IMG/VR virus record: IMGVR_UViG_3300049491_000716
Coordinates: 1-64,000 of that record
DNA from: a virus
Direction: 5' to 3' (one strand)
DNA: 64,000 nt
In this document: positions 29,734 to 39,197 of the stretch, one piece after another
How positions within the stretch are numbered: position 1 is the first letter of the stretch
Layout: every line of letters begins with the position of its first letter
Position numbers and translations under genes: made by a program
The notes under the pieces: generated by a model
Seen by the model: only the letters and a program-made list of their open reading frames with translations
Databases searched by the model: none
Told to the model about the DNA's origin: nothing

Positions 29734-30108
29734 TCACAGGGCGTAGCGCCCCGGCTTCTTCTCGTCGGGCTCGGTTTCGTCGGATGCCGGCGCCTTGTCA
29801 TCGCTGCACGGGTAAGCATCCCTAAGGATGGACGCCACCAACTTGATAGCCGGCAGGCCAAGCAATGGCGTCAGCCGGGCCATGCGCTCCTGCACGGCGT
29901 CTTTGACATCCCCCGCCGTCAGCGAATCCGGCACGCAGTGCTCGGCGCTTGTCGCGTCATGAGCGGCCAGCACGAAAATCAGGGCTTGCGCCTGGCCCTT
30001 CTCGTTTCCATCGAACAACTCCAACAGGCGCTGCCCAGTGAGGTAGTAGCCGCCGGCGTGAGTCATCCCGCAGACCGAAAGCAATGCTGCCGCAAACATG
30101 GACTTCAT
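29734..30108 (-). CDS. Rap1a/Tai-like periplasmic immunity protein
   Basis: Signal peptide; TGxxLL, C.PD..T.G, LRDAYPC. Confidence 0.75.
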   Translation of the reverse strand: MKSMFAAALLSVCGMTHAGGYYLTGQRLLELFDGNEKGQAQALIFVLAAHDATSAEHCVPDSLTAGDVKDAVQERMARLTPLLGLPAIKLVASILRDAYPCSDDKAPASDETEPDEKKPGRYAL

Positions 30109-30182
30109 CTGATTTCCTGCTCAAGTTGTGGGTACTTCGGGCCAGCAAGATTGAAGCCAGCGGCGGCGGCTGGCTTCATTCC

Positions 30183-30515
30183 TCACTTGGCTGGCGGCGG
30201 GCTCTTGGTGAGCGGCGTGGACTTCGCTGGCGGAGGGCTCTTGGCCATGGCTGCCTTGGCAAGATCCGTAGCTTCGGCGATGCTGTAGTTGCTCTCCGGC
30301 AGCGGGAAGCCGCGGCGCACCGTCTTCGGCTTCTGGCCGACGGCATGCACCACCATGCGTGCGTAGGGCATGTGCCGGCCGGCCGTCATGAAGGCGCGGC
30401 GCGCGTTCGCCGGTGAGTCAAAGGATTCCTCGGTGCTGATCTTCTTGCCGTTGCTGGCCGTCGTGTTGACGAACCATGCACCCCGGGCGTTCTGTCTGAG
30501 GTTGATGATCCACAT
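30183..30515 (-). CDS. DUF1508/YegP-like protein
   Basis: GAWF...ASNGKKI..ESFDSPANARRA. Confidence 0.6.
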   Translation of the reverse strand: MWIINLRQNARGAWFVNTTASNGKKISTEESFDSPANARRAFMTAGRHMPYARMVVHAVGQKPKTVRRGFPLPESNYSIAEATDLAKAAMAKSPPPAKSTPLTKSPPPAK

Positions 30516-30517
30516 GG

Positions 30518-31068
30518 TCACGGCACCCTAGGCAAGGTGGCCTGAGCAGCCAAGGCGTCGGTGGCGGCCACGGCAGCGGCTCGCATGGCGGCAATCTCGG
30601 CGTCGCTGACGTCGCGGCCTTCGGCGGCGGCAGCGTTCAGGATGGCCGAGAGCTTCGCGGCTTCGGTCAGGGATGCCAGCAGGAGCTGGGTCACGAGCAG
30701 CGTGTTGTTCATGGCTTCACTCCTTGTTGGCTGGCCAGGTAGGACTCGAGGGCGGTCAAGATCGTCAGGGTGGCCGTCAGCTTGGTCTGCGCGGCACCAA
30801 GGTCGGTCTTGGCTGTGGCGGCGGCGATGTCCAGGCCAGCGATCGCCTGACGGTTGGTCGACACCACGTTCTCAAGATCGGAGTCGCTGAGCTTGCCGGC
30901 GGTGCGCAGGACGCCAGCCGTCTTGGCCACGGTCGTCACCGTCGCGTAGCCGCCGAGCAACTTCTTGTTGAAGGTGTCGGCAGTCGGAACGCCGAGAGCG
31001 GCGCAGGCCACCAAGGCTGTGGCCAGCATCACTGCGATGCCGGTCTTCAGGGTTTGAAGCAGTTTCAT
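30518..31068 (-). CDS. Lipoprotein (30709-31068) coupled to a small helical protein (30518-30712)
   Basis: LVAC lipobox; AAGGAG RBS and ATGA overlap. Confidence 0.7.
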
Positions 31069-31095
31069 GAGTTGCCTTTCAGGCGGTTGGGGTGA

Positions 31096-31815
31096 TCAGT
31101 TCACGGTGACGGTTGAGATGCCGCCTGCAGGCACGCTGCCATGGCAGTAGAAGCCGATTTCGACGTACTTCTTGACCCACGTTCCGGTGGGAACCATCTT
31201 GCGGGACGGCGCACATGAGATGCCGGCTGGCACGGTGAACAAGTGATGCGAGTAAAGCCATGCCGGGTCGTTGACATAGATCGCTGTGTCTGCCGAAACT
31301 CGAGCCTGGCCGCTGTTGTCGAACACCACGTAGGGCATCTGCCACGTTGCGGTGGCCTGCTTCGCTGGCGTCAAATAACAGGTGATCGGGTTCGGCCACA
31401 ACTCTTGGTCGTAGAAGGTTTCGCCGTCGTTCGTCAGCGTCAAATGCAAGTCTTGCAAGATGCCGCCGTCAGCCGGGCACGTGTATCGCTGCACGCTGGT
31501 CGTTTGAAGATGAAACTGACCGGGGCCTGCGCAGGTGAAGCCGATATAGGTGACGCCGTTGAACTTTGGCACGTAGTCGCGCACGCAGTTGCCGCTGATG
31601 ATCCACTGGTAAGACAGGTCAACCGCTAAAGTGTTCCAGCGCACCACGCCGCCATCCGTGACGATGACAACGTCGGTGCCGCGACCCGGCGGTGTCGGCA
31701 ACGGAACCAGTTCTCCGCCATAGACATCCTGCTTGAATGCGGCGGCGCCAGCGTAGGCCGGTGATGCGACAAGAAAACTGGCGAACGCCAGCAGGACAAA
31801 GAAGAGTTTCTTCAT
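31096..31815 (-). CDS. Secreted beta-rich Cys-containing protein
   Basis: Sec signal ending AYA; GAGG RBS. Confidence 0.75.
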   Translation of the reverse strand: MKKLFFVLLAFASFLVASPAYAGAAAFKQDVYGGELVPLPTPPGRGTDVVIVTDGGVVRWNTLAVDLSYQWIISGNCVRDYVPKFNGVTYIGFTCAGPGQFHLQTTSVQRYTCPADGGILQDLHLTLTNDGETFYDQELWPNPITCYLTPAKQATATWQMPYVVFDNSGQARVSADTAIYVNDPAWLYSHHLFTVPAGISCAPSRKMVPTGTWVKKYVEIGFYCHGSVPAGGISTVTVN

Positions 31816-31841
31816 GGTTCACCTCTTGGGTGGTTGGGGGG

Positions 31842-32015
31842 TCAATGAGTCGGGGGTAGCGGAATTTCGGTCTGGAACTTGCCGTCGGCATCGACCATCA
31901 CGCCTTTGGCTGCGCCTTCGACTTGTCGCAACACGGGCTGCGCCTGCGGCTTTTCGGATCGGATTGGCTTACCGAGAACGAAGTCGTCGGCGTCGTCTTG
32001 GTCAAGGTCTTTCAT
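31842..32015 (-). CDS. Small acidic hypothetical protein
   Basis: ATGA overlap with endolysin. Confidence 0.55.
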   Translation of the reverse strand: MKDLDQDDADDFVLGKPIRSEKPQAQPVLRQVEGAAKGVMVDADGKFQTEIPLPPTH

Positions 32016-32557
32016 GGAACTCCCAGTGCAAGTTTGGCGGCGCCCCAAAGGGCGATGCGTTGGTCTAGGTGGGTGAGCCCGCCGTTGATGCGGCGGGTGA
32101 GTCCGGTGAAGTCGCCGTTGTCGGCGTAGGCGTTCAGGTGGTTGGATGCCCAGAACCAGGCCGCGCTGCGAGACGCGAGGCCGGGCTCGGCCAGTAGTTG
32201 CGGGAATGCTTCGAGGTCGACGCCGAGGGCGGCGCCGCAGCGCCTGTAGTTGGCGCGGCCCGTCACCTGCAGAAGGCCGCGGCCAAGGAAGCGGATGCCA
32301 TCGCCGGGCTGCGTGTTCCCGAGATCGGCGGCTTTCTTGCCGGGCGGCTCGTATCGCCGCTGAGCAATCGTTGGGCCCCACAACTCGGTCAACCAATGAA
32401 GGCCGCCGCTTTCGTGGCCAATCTGAGCCAGCCAAGCCGCCTGACGCCGCGGGGTGTCAATGCCGAACTCCGTCATGGCTGCCGTGATGAACGGCAAGAA
32501 TCTGGACGCCCGGTCAATCCGGGCGCCGGTGCAGGCCACGAGCGTCTGCGGCGTCAT
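32012..32557 (-). CDS. Endolysin, glycoside hydrolase family 19
   Basis: LAQIGHESG, GRGLLQVTGRANY, SAAWFW, TRRINGG. Confidence 0.95.
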   Translation of the reverse strand: MTPQTLVACTGARIDRASRFLPFITAAMTEFGIDTPRRQAAWLAQIGHESGGLHWLTELWGPTIAQRRYEPPGKKAADLGNTQPGDGIRFLGRGLLQVTGRANYRRCGAALGVDLEAFPQLLAEPGLASRSAAWFWASNHLNAYADNGDFTGLTRRINGGLTHLDQRIALWGAAKLALGVP

Positions 32558-32558
32558 C

Positions 32559-32837
32559 TCACTTCGTCGGCGGCGTAGCCTTGGCTGCCGGGATGCTGCC
32601 GGACACTTCAGCCGGCGCATCGGGGCTCGGCTCGATCGGCTCTGATTCCTCCAAGGCGACGCCATCGAAGAAGTAGGCCAGCGGCACCTTGGCGTTGGCG
32701 ATGATGGCGCCGATCAGCGTACCGACCATCGTCATCTGTGTCGGCGTCATGTTGGCGAAGGTCACCAGCAGCACGCAGGCGAACAGCATGGCGGTCATGC
32801 CATACGCCAGGACGGCGCGAACAGTCTGTGAGTTCAT
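32559..32837 (-). CDS. Putative holin (2 TM)
   Basis: Two hydrophobic helices, YFF, directly upstream of the endolysin. Confidence 0.7.
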   Translation of the reverse strand: MNSQTVRAVLAYGMTAMLFACVLLVTFANMTPTQMTMVGTLIGAIIANAKVPLAYFFDGVALEESEPIEPSPDAPAEVSGSIPAAKATPPTK

Positions 32838-32863
32838 TCGGGTTCTCCTTGGGTTGAACTGTA

Positions 32864-33663
32864 TTACGGCAGCGTGGTTGACGCCATCACTTCAAAGGAT
32901 CCGCTGTACCACGTGATCAGTTCGGTGCGCACGGTTCCCTGAACCTCGGCGCTGCCCTCAACATGGTAGATGCCGGGCGCCGTCTTGGGTGGCACCACGT
33001 TGATCGCGCTGGTCGCAGTTGTGCAACCCGGCACGATTGAAGCCTGAGTGACGGGCAGCAGGATGGTTGGCAAGCCTTCGCCGACAAGCTGGTGGGCGAT
33101 GGAATAGACGCGCGGCCGGTGGTCGGAGTTGCATCGCCTCACCTCGAGCAGAACGGCTTGGCCGGGTTGGACTTGCGGTGTCAGCACCTTGAACGGGAGA
33201 TCCGGATAGCTCAGGTAGGGTGCCTCGATCATGCCGTAGTAGGCGCCGACAACCAGCACCAAGATCAGCGATCCCGTGTTGAAGGCGCGGTACAGGGTCT
33301 TCATCATGGTGGCGTTCTCCCGCCGTGGGTGATTGCGTAGATGGCCGACCAGATGGCGACACCGGCGCCGGCTACGATGCCGGCCCATCGCACGAGCTTC
33401 ATGATGCCGCGGCCGACCATTGCCAGCCCGCGGCCAAACTTCGCGATGGCCGACATGCCGGCGCGCCAGGCGAGCAGCATCTCGTGCACGTCTCGCGTCA
33501 TGTCGGTGTTCTCTTTGACCTCGCCTTCAATGCGGTCCATGCGGCGGGCGCCGAGGGCCAAGCGTTTTTCGATGGAGTCGAAGCGGCTCTGATCATTCAG
33601 GGTGTCAAAGTCGGTATCGATGTCGCCTGGGCTTGTCTCTTTGAATTCTTGTTCGTTGGTCAT
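32864..33663 (-). CDS. Two membrane-anchored lysis-region proteins (33304-33663, 32864-33307)
   Basis: Coiled coil + C-terminal TM; N-terminal TM + periplasmic Cys pair. Confidence 0.7.
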
Positions 33664-33680
33664 GTCTTGTCTCAGTTATT

Positions 33681-34547
33681 TCAGGCAAGGGTGATGGCCA
33701 ACGAGTCGGCGGCGTGCGATTGCGGGCTGGAACCCGAGGCGATGGTTCGTGATGCGATGGCGCCCCAGAACATCAGGTTGCCGGCGGTGCTTGCGTCTTT
33801 GAGGCCTTCAAACCCAACGGTTCCCCATGATGCGGTGGCTGTCGGGTAGGTCAGTGCCGAGTTGTTGCTGATGCGGCCGCTGGTGCCCGTGCTCGCCGTG
33901 GTGCTGCCAGCCGACTGCGTGCCACTCCACGCGGCAAGGCTTGACGCGATGGCCGGCCGCGCGTAGCTGCCACCCGACACTTCGGTGCCGCCGCCGGCGT
34001 TGCTTGGCGTCGCCGTGTACAGGGCGCCGTAGAGGTTGCTTGGCCACGAGTAGGCCTGAGCGCGGAAGATCAGGTCAATCAACTTGTTGGCGCAGTAGTC
34101 GGTCATGCCGCCACTGAGGCCAAGCGTCACAGCGACGCTGCCGATGGCAATGCTGACCGGGATGCCGCCGGCGCCGATCGCAATGGGAACCGGCAGGCTG
34201 AACCACATCCAGCAGTTACCGCCGCTGCCGGCGTCGAAGAGTCCCAGATGGCTTGCCGTTCCCCATGCGCCACCCGATGTGCCGAAGTCCCACAGCGTGT
34301 TGTTGCTGGTGGCGTGGCTTGTGCCTGTGCTGGCCAGCGTGGAACCAGCGCTCTGCGTTCCGGCGAAGTTGGCCAGGCTGCGTGCTACGCCGAACCGCGA
34401 GTAACCGGTTCCGCTGAGTTCAGTGAATGCGCTGTCGGATGCCGCACTCCCAAGCGCGACAGACCAGTTGGTTGGCAAGCCCGCCAAGCCTTGACCCCGA
34501 AAGTAATCGGCAATCTTGTTCTCGCCGTAGTCCGTGAATTGGCTCAT
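33681..34547 (-). CDS. Virion fibre/appendage protein with two tandem homologous domains
   Basis: TDYxxNK..SG.xYxR..GTQSAGST.ASTGTS..SNN occurs twice. Confidence 0.75.
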   Translation of the reverse strand: MSQFTDYGENKIADYFRGQGLAGLPTNWSVALGSAASDSAFTELSGTGYSRFGVARSLANFAGTQSAGSTLASTGTSHATSNNTLWDFGTSGGAWGTASHLGLFDAGSGGNCWMWFSLPVPIAIGAGGIPVSIAIGSVAVTLGLSGGMTDYCANKLIDLIFRAQAYSWPSNLYGALYTATPSNAGGGTEVSGGSYARPAIASSLAAWSGTQSAGSTTASTGTSGRISNNSALTYPTATASWGTVGFEGLKDASTAGNLMFWGAIASRTIASGSSPQSHAADSLAITLA

Positions 34548-34559
34548 GAGTTTTCCTTT

Positions 34560-37307
34560 TTATACCGTGCCAGCCAACATGCTGATCGTTGCCGAAGCAA
34601 GGATTGTTGTCTCACCAACCTTGCGGATATCCAGTCGGAAGTAGGCCGTTCCATAGCGAGCCTGAGATCCGTTCGGCGCGGCTTGCGTGATGGACCAAGT
34701 TCTGTTCGTCCCAAGGTTCAACCAAACCCCAATGTTGCCGGGATTCGTGGTGACAGCGATTGGGTTGCCGCCATAGCCAGGCATGCCACCAAGGAATGTT
34801 GCGTAGACCTCGTAGAGCGCGGCGACCGTTGGCTCAACAATGCCGTACAGCATCCACTCGGTCGGGTAGGCGTGCGACCCGCTGTCGTCGCCGCGAATCG
34901 CATTTCCGTCGTTGCGCAACGAGAAGCTGTTGGCGCCCGAGTAGTAGGTGCGGATGTAGTGGCTGCTGAGATTGGCGATGTACAGGACACCAGAGCCAGG
35001 ATCAATCACATCGGATCCAATGACGATCGGATCTTGAATGTCGCCGGGGCCTGGCAGATAGGCATTGTCAGCGGTGTGGACGCGCTCGTCGTCAATCACG
35101 CCGTCAACGTCGTAGAGTTGCTCGCCCTCTTGTCCACGGCCGCCGTCTCGGATGGCCAGCACCTTCACGAGTTCGTCACCACCGACCTGCGGGCCAAGCA
35201 GGTACTTCGGGCGCTCACGGGTGCCATCGTCAATCACGAGATCAAAGTCCGGAGCCGCGGGAAGCGTGATGTCGTAGTTCGTCGGTCCCGGCGTCACCGC
35301 CACCGGAGTCGTGAGCGTGCCATCGTCCTTCTGCATCGTCAGGTAGAGCGACGCCGCGCCAAACACAGGTGGCTCTGTCAGGCCGAGAACGAGATTCGCA
35401 GGATCCCAGTAGGCAACGTCGCCGCTCTGCCCGTAGCCGTAGATCTCAGGCATCCAGCGCACGGCGCTCATGAAAGCCGGCAGCACGCCCTGCATCTCGG
35501 TCTTGCAGGTCGTGGTGCGAGGCCGATACGTGAGGTTCGCTGCTTCGTACATGCCCTCGCGTCGGGCCTGCGTGGCGCCGGTGACGCCTTCAATGAACTT
35601 GCGCACGGGGTTGGTCATCACCGTGACGCCGGGACACGGGCATTCGATCGGCGTCTTCAGCCATGTGCGGTTGTCTTCGTACTCAATGACATAGCCGTCG
35701 GGCGTGTCGTTCGTTGGCAGTTTCTCGCTGATCACCATGCTGCCCGGCATGCAGTTGCGGTGCGTGAAGGCAGTCACGGGAAGCGTAGCGAGTTCGTCTC
35801 TGGCAATCGTGTAGACGCCATTGCGGCGGAACACTCTGGAGCGGCATGATCTGGCGATCAATTGCGCAGCATCCCACAACGGCATGGCGGTGTCGAACAC
35901 CCAGTCGAAGCGGTCTTGCCTCAGATTGGCCGTGAGGGAGATGTCGTAGAAGGACTGCAAGTCAATTCTGTCATCCGCATAGCCGCCACCCCATGTGGAC
36001 TTGCTCAGCAGATCCATGAGCCACAGCATGCCGTTGCGTGTCGCGACCTCGGAACCCCAGCCACCGCCGGGCGTCCATGTCCGGCACTTGCCGGTGACGA
36101 TCAACGCGATGTCGCGCTGCGACAGTTGGCTGAGTTGATCACTGGCGCGCAGCACGACTTCATAGTGCGCAGTGTTGGCGTTCAGTGGTGCCGGCTCATT
36201 GGTGTAGGCGCGCAATCCGGCCCATGTGATTTCATGGGCGGCCGTGGAGTCTGGATCTTTCGGGTCGGTGCGGACAACTCTGACTTCAATGCGCGCCGGC
36301 GTTGAAAGCACAAACTTCTGGCTCCAACGTTGCGGGGTATTCGTGGCGCCCGTCTTGGTGCCGCTGCCAAGCGTTGACCACACGCTTGTCGCAACACCGA
36401 AGTCATCAATGGTCCTACTCTCGACGCGCCAAGAAACCGTGAGCGGGCTGGTGCCCTTGCCAAGGCCTCGAGTTGCCACGATGTCAATGCCGATGGCGGC
36501 ACACGTGCGCTTTGGCTTGCAGGCCGCAAAGCCACCGACATAGCGGCCACTGTCAAGCAGGCTCCCGCTCACCGCGGGGCAGTTGCTGACGTTGGCGAGC
36601 ACTTGACTCGGCGGCGTGCCTGGTGGCAAATACTGACTGACGATGACGTCGTCATAGTGACCGATCGGGGTGCCACCGATCAGCGCCTGCTCAAGATCAT
36701 GGTTTCCCTCGCCAACAGCGAACAGGGCGTAGTAGAACTGATCGCAGTCAAAGCCTGTATCGGTTTCGGCGAACTCAAGATACGGCTCGCATGCAAACGG
36801 GGGCGTGATCTTGCGGCGACCGCATACCTTCCAGATCGGCTGATCCAGCTTCGCTTGGTTGCCGCTGAGCGATGTGCTGAAGACGGCATTGGCTGCCTGC
36901 TGGTTCTGGGACTCGGGAAGCGTTGGCGGCAGCAGGAGGTTGCTGACTGTGAGGCCAACACCCACGGCAACCACCGCGCCACCAAACGTGAGCGCGCCGA
37001 AACCGCTGGTAGCAGCGATGTATGCGGCGGCCACCACCACGGCCAAAACACCGCGTACCGTGCCATCACTTTCTGGCGGGTCAATGGTGAAGACGACGAT
37101 GTCCTGCGGCTGCAGTTTGTAGCCCCACTGCTCCCGCGGGATGTAGCCAGGGATCCCGGAGACTTGGCATACCACCGGCTTGTCGGTAATCGGCGCCACC
37201 TCGGCAATCGTGCGACCCGCTGGCTCGGCCCGCATGTCCTGCGGGCGCAGGCCCAACAGCGGGTTGTCGACGACCCCAACGGTCGCGTCGAAACTCAGCA
37301 TGAACAT
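34560..37307 (-). CDS. Central tail tip/host-specificity J-like protein
   Basis: SLSGNQAKLDQPI, ATRN..W, size and position. Confidence 0.88.
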   Translation of the reverse strand: MFMLSFDATVGVVDNPLLGLRPQDMRAEPAGRTIAEVAPITDKPVVCQVSGIPGYIPREQWGYKLQPQDIVVFTIDPPESDGTVRGVLAVVVAAAYIAATSGFGALTFGGAVVAVGVGLTVSNLLLPPTLPESQNQQAANAVFSTSLSGNQAKLDQPIWKVCGRRKITPPFACEPYLEFAETDTGFDCDQFYYALFAVGEGNHDLEQALIGGTPIGHYDDVIVSQYLPPGTPPSQVLANVSNCPAVSGSLLDSGRYVGGFAACKPKRTCAAIGIDIVATRGLGKGTSPLTVSWRVESRTIDDFGVATSVWSTLGSGTKTGATNTPQRWSQKFVLSTPARIEVRVVRTDPKDPDSTAAHEITWAGLRAYTNEPAPLNANTAHYEVVLRASDQLSQLSQRDIALIVTGKCRTWTPGGGWGSEVATRNGMLWLMDLLSKSTWGGGYADDRIDLQSFYDISLTANLRQDRFDWVFDTAMPLWDAAQLIARSCRSRVFRRNGVYTIARDELATLPVTAFTHRNCMPGSMVISEKLPTNDTPDGYVIEYEDNRTWLKTPIECPCPGVTVMTNPVRKFIEGVTGATQARREGMYEAANLTYRPRTTTCKTEMQGVLPAFMSAVRWMPEIYGYGQSGDVAYWDPANLVLGLTEPPVFGAASLYLTMQKDDGTLTTPVAVTPGPTNYDITLPAAPDFDLVIDDGTRERPKYLLGPQVGGDELVKVLAIRDGGRGQEGEQLYDVDGVIDDERVHTADNAYLPGPGDIQDPIVIGSDVIDPGSGVLYIANLSSHYIRTYYSGANSFSLRNDGNAIRGDDSGSHAYPTEWMLYGIVEPTVAALYEVYATFLGGMPGYGGNPIAVTTNPGNIGVWLNLGTNRTWSITQAAPNGSQARYGTAYFRLDIRKVGETTILASATISMLAGTV

Positions 37308-37714
37308 CTCCAGATTTCAACGGGGCCAGCAACGTGGCGCAGTGCTTCGTCTATCGGCGGCGCCACTACACAACCAACGGCGCCGCGCTCACCAAGGTGG
37401 CCGTCGCTGTGCAGCAGGCGCAGCGCACGATCCGCGTAGATCACGACGCCGACGTGCCTGCGATGGAATGGGCTTGTCATCACGAGAACGTCATCGACTT
37501 GCGGCTCGCCTTCGATGCGACGCCAGCCTGACAGCGATGCCGTGTGCTTGATGGCGGCCACGTTCTCGGCGGCATGGTCTTCGGTGTCGCCGACCACGAC
37601 CTGCGGCATGTCCAGTCCGCAGCGCAGCGCGAAGAACTGGCGCACCAGCCACCAGCAGTTTCTGGCTGGCGTCCAAGGCTCACCGATCAGGTGAGCCGCC
37701 CAGTGCGCCGCCAT
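37295..37714 (-). CDS. NlpC/P60 tail tip assembly protein (K-like)
   Basis: NCWWLVR, HVGV, LLH. Confidence 0.85.
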   Translation of the reverse strand: MAAHWAAHLIGEPWTPARNCWWLVRQFFALRCGLDMPQVVVGDTEDHAAENVAAIKHTASLSGWRRIEGEPQVDDVLVMTSPFHRRHVGVVIYADRALRLLHSDGHLGERGAVGCVVAPPIDEALRHVAGPVEIWRCSC

Positions 37715-38259
37715 CAGGCCAGCCCTGAGTATTCGGCGCGGCGGAACGTGAGGCGCGGAATGCTCACGTTGGCTGGATCTGCAAAGCTGGCGCGGATGCT
37801 GGCGCCGTTGCCGCTCATGTCGGCCTGGCTGATCATGTAGGTCAGCACCGGCAACTTGGCTGGCCCCGTCGTGTCGTCGCTGGCATACAGCCGCTCAATC
37901 AGGATCCACGGTACCAGTGACCCGCGGGCCGCGTCGAAGGCTTGTTTCAGCAAGCCACTGATGCCTTCCCGGCTGAGTGTCACTTCTGGCGTGGCTGCTG
38001 TATCGCTTTCCTCGGGACGCTCAACGGAGAGCGGAACCGAGATGAAGGTCTGCGATGTGCCGGCGTTGCGATCGGCTCCGGCTTCAATCTTTGCCGTGAG
38101 GTCGGCCTTGTCGTCCACGAAGTAGATCGGGGTCGCGAGGCTTGGGTGCCAGAGTTCATAGGCCCACAGCATGGCTCTGCCAAGCGGGGCGATGGCTGCC
38201 GCCTCTTGGTAGGCAACGCTGTATGAGACGCCGCGAAGTGGTGTGCTGTATGAGGGCAT
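37714..38259 (-). CDS. DUF1833 minor tail protein
   Basis: ELWHPS, RLYASDD, position. Confidence 0.8.
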   Translation of the reverse strand: MPSYSTPLRGVSYSVAYQEAAAIAPLGRAMLWAYELWHPSLATPIYFVDDKADLTAKIEAGADRNAGTSQTFISVPLSVERPEESDTAATPEVTLSREGISGLLKQAFDAARGSLVPWILIERLYASDDTTGPAKLPVLTYMISQADMSGNGASIRASFADPANVSIPRLTFRRAEYSGLA

Positions 38260-38260
38260 G

Positions 38261-39190
38261 TCAGCAGACGTCCAAGTCAGAGATCGTGCTCGGCGACGGC
38301 GATGAACTGACGTCGGCGTTGAACTCAATCGAGTCGTAGGTGATCGGCGGATGCGCCAAACTGAAGTTCGTGGAGTCAATCACGACGTTGTCGCTCAAGC
38401 GCTTGATCGTGCAGTTCGTGGCGCCGGCGACCGCAGAGAACGTGAATGTGAACTCGTACCAAGTGCCAAGCGTCAATGCTGCCGTGGACACGAAGTTCGA
38501 CTCCGATGGTGTGGCGACGAGCGCGCGGCGCGTTGCATCGCCAGAACTAGCACGCCTTGCGATGATCGCAATCACCTGCGTGGCACCGTTGTTCAGAACA
38601 ACCGGAATGGAGTCATCGGATGCCGATGAAACGACCAGCGACTTGAATGTGATGCTGCTCACGCGACGCGGGGTCACCGTCTTTCTAAGGTAGGTCTGCG
38701 CAGTGGTGTTCAAGCCGACAAGGTGAACGCCATACCCATAGGGGGTGGTGACAACAGTGAATTGGCCAGCATCCCCGCTGATCAAGGAATAGGACGAAAG
38801 GCTCCTGAACTTTTCATGGATGCAGGTTGTCGGCAAGACGCCGACGCCACGCACCTCAAGCACGCCGCTGACCTTCCATCCGATGGCCGCCATGTACTCC
38901 CAGCGTGGCGGCTGCACGAAGCGCCCAACGAATGGCGACACCGGGTTCGGCACAAGCCAGCCCGCATAGAACCAGCAGGCGCCGTAGACGAGATCAGTCT
39001 TCCACCACGCCCTGAACACCGATGCGTGAGCAAAGGTGAAGGCAAACGAGACCTCGCACTTGGAAAGTCTGTCGCGCTGAAGAGGCCGCGTCTCGCGCGG
39101 ATCCATCTGAGCAATGGCGCGCAGTTCCTCCAGTTCGAATGGCGATGCCGTTGGACCCGGCAGGCTCTCTGGATAGATGACTTCAAACAT
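38261..39190 (-). CDS. Distal-tail-like protein with lectin-like C-terminus
   Basis: YPESLPGP, FRAWW..L..G..WF, WKVSGVLEV. Confidence 0.7.
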   Translation of the reverse strand: MFEVIYPESLPGPTASPFELEELRAIAQMDPRETRPLQRDRLSKCEVSFAFTFAHASVFRAWWKTDLVYGACWFYAGWLVPNPVSPFVGRFVQPPRWEYMAAIGWKVSGVLEVRGVGVLPTTCIHEKFRSLSSYSLISGDAGQFTVVTTPYGYGVHLVGLNTTAQTYLRKTVTPRRVSSITFKSLVVSSASDDSIPVVLNNGATQVIAIIARRASSGDATRRALVATPSESNFVSTAALTLGTWYEFTFTFSAVAGATNCTIKRLSDNVVIDSTNFSLAHPPITYDSIEFNADVSSSPSPSTISDLDVC

Positions 39191-39197
39191 GAGTGCC

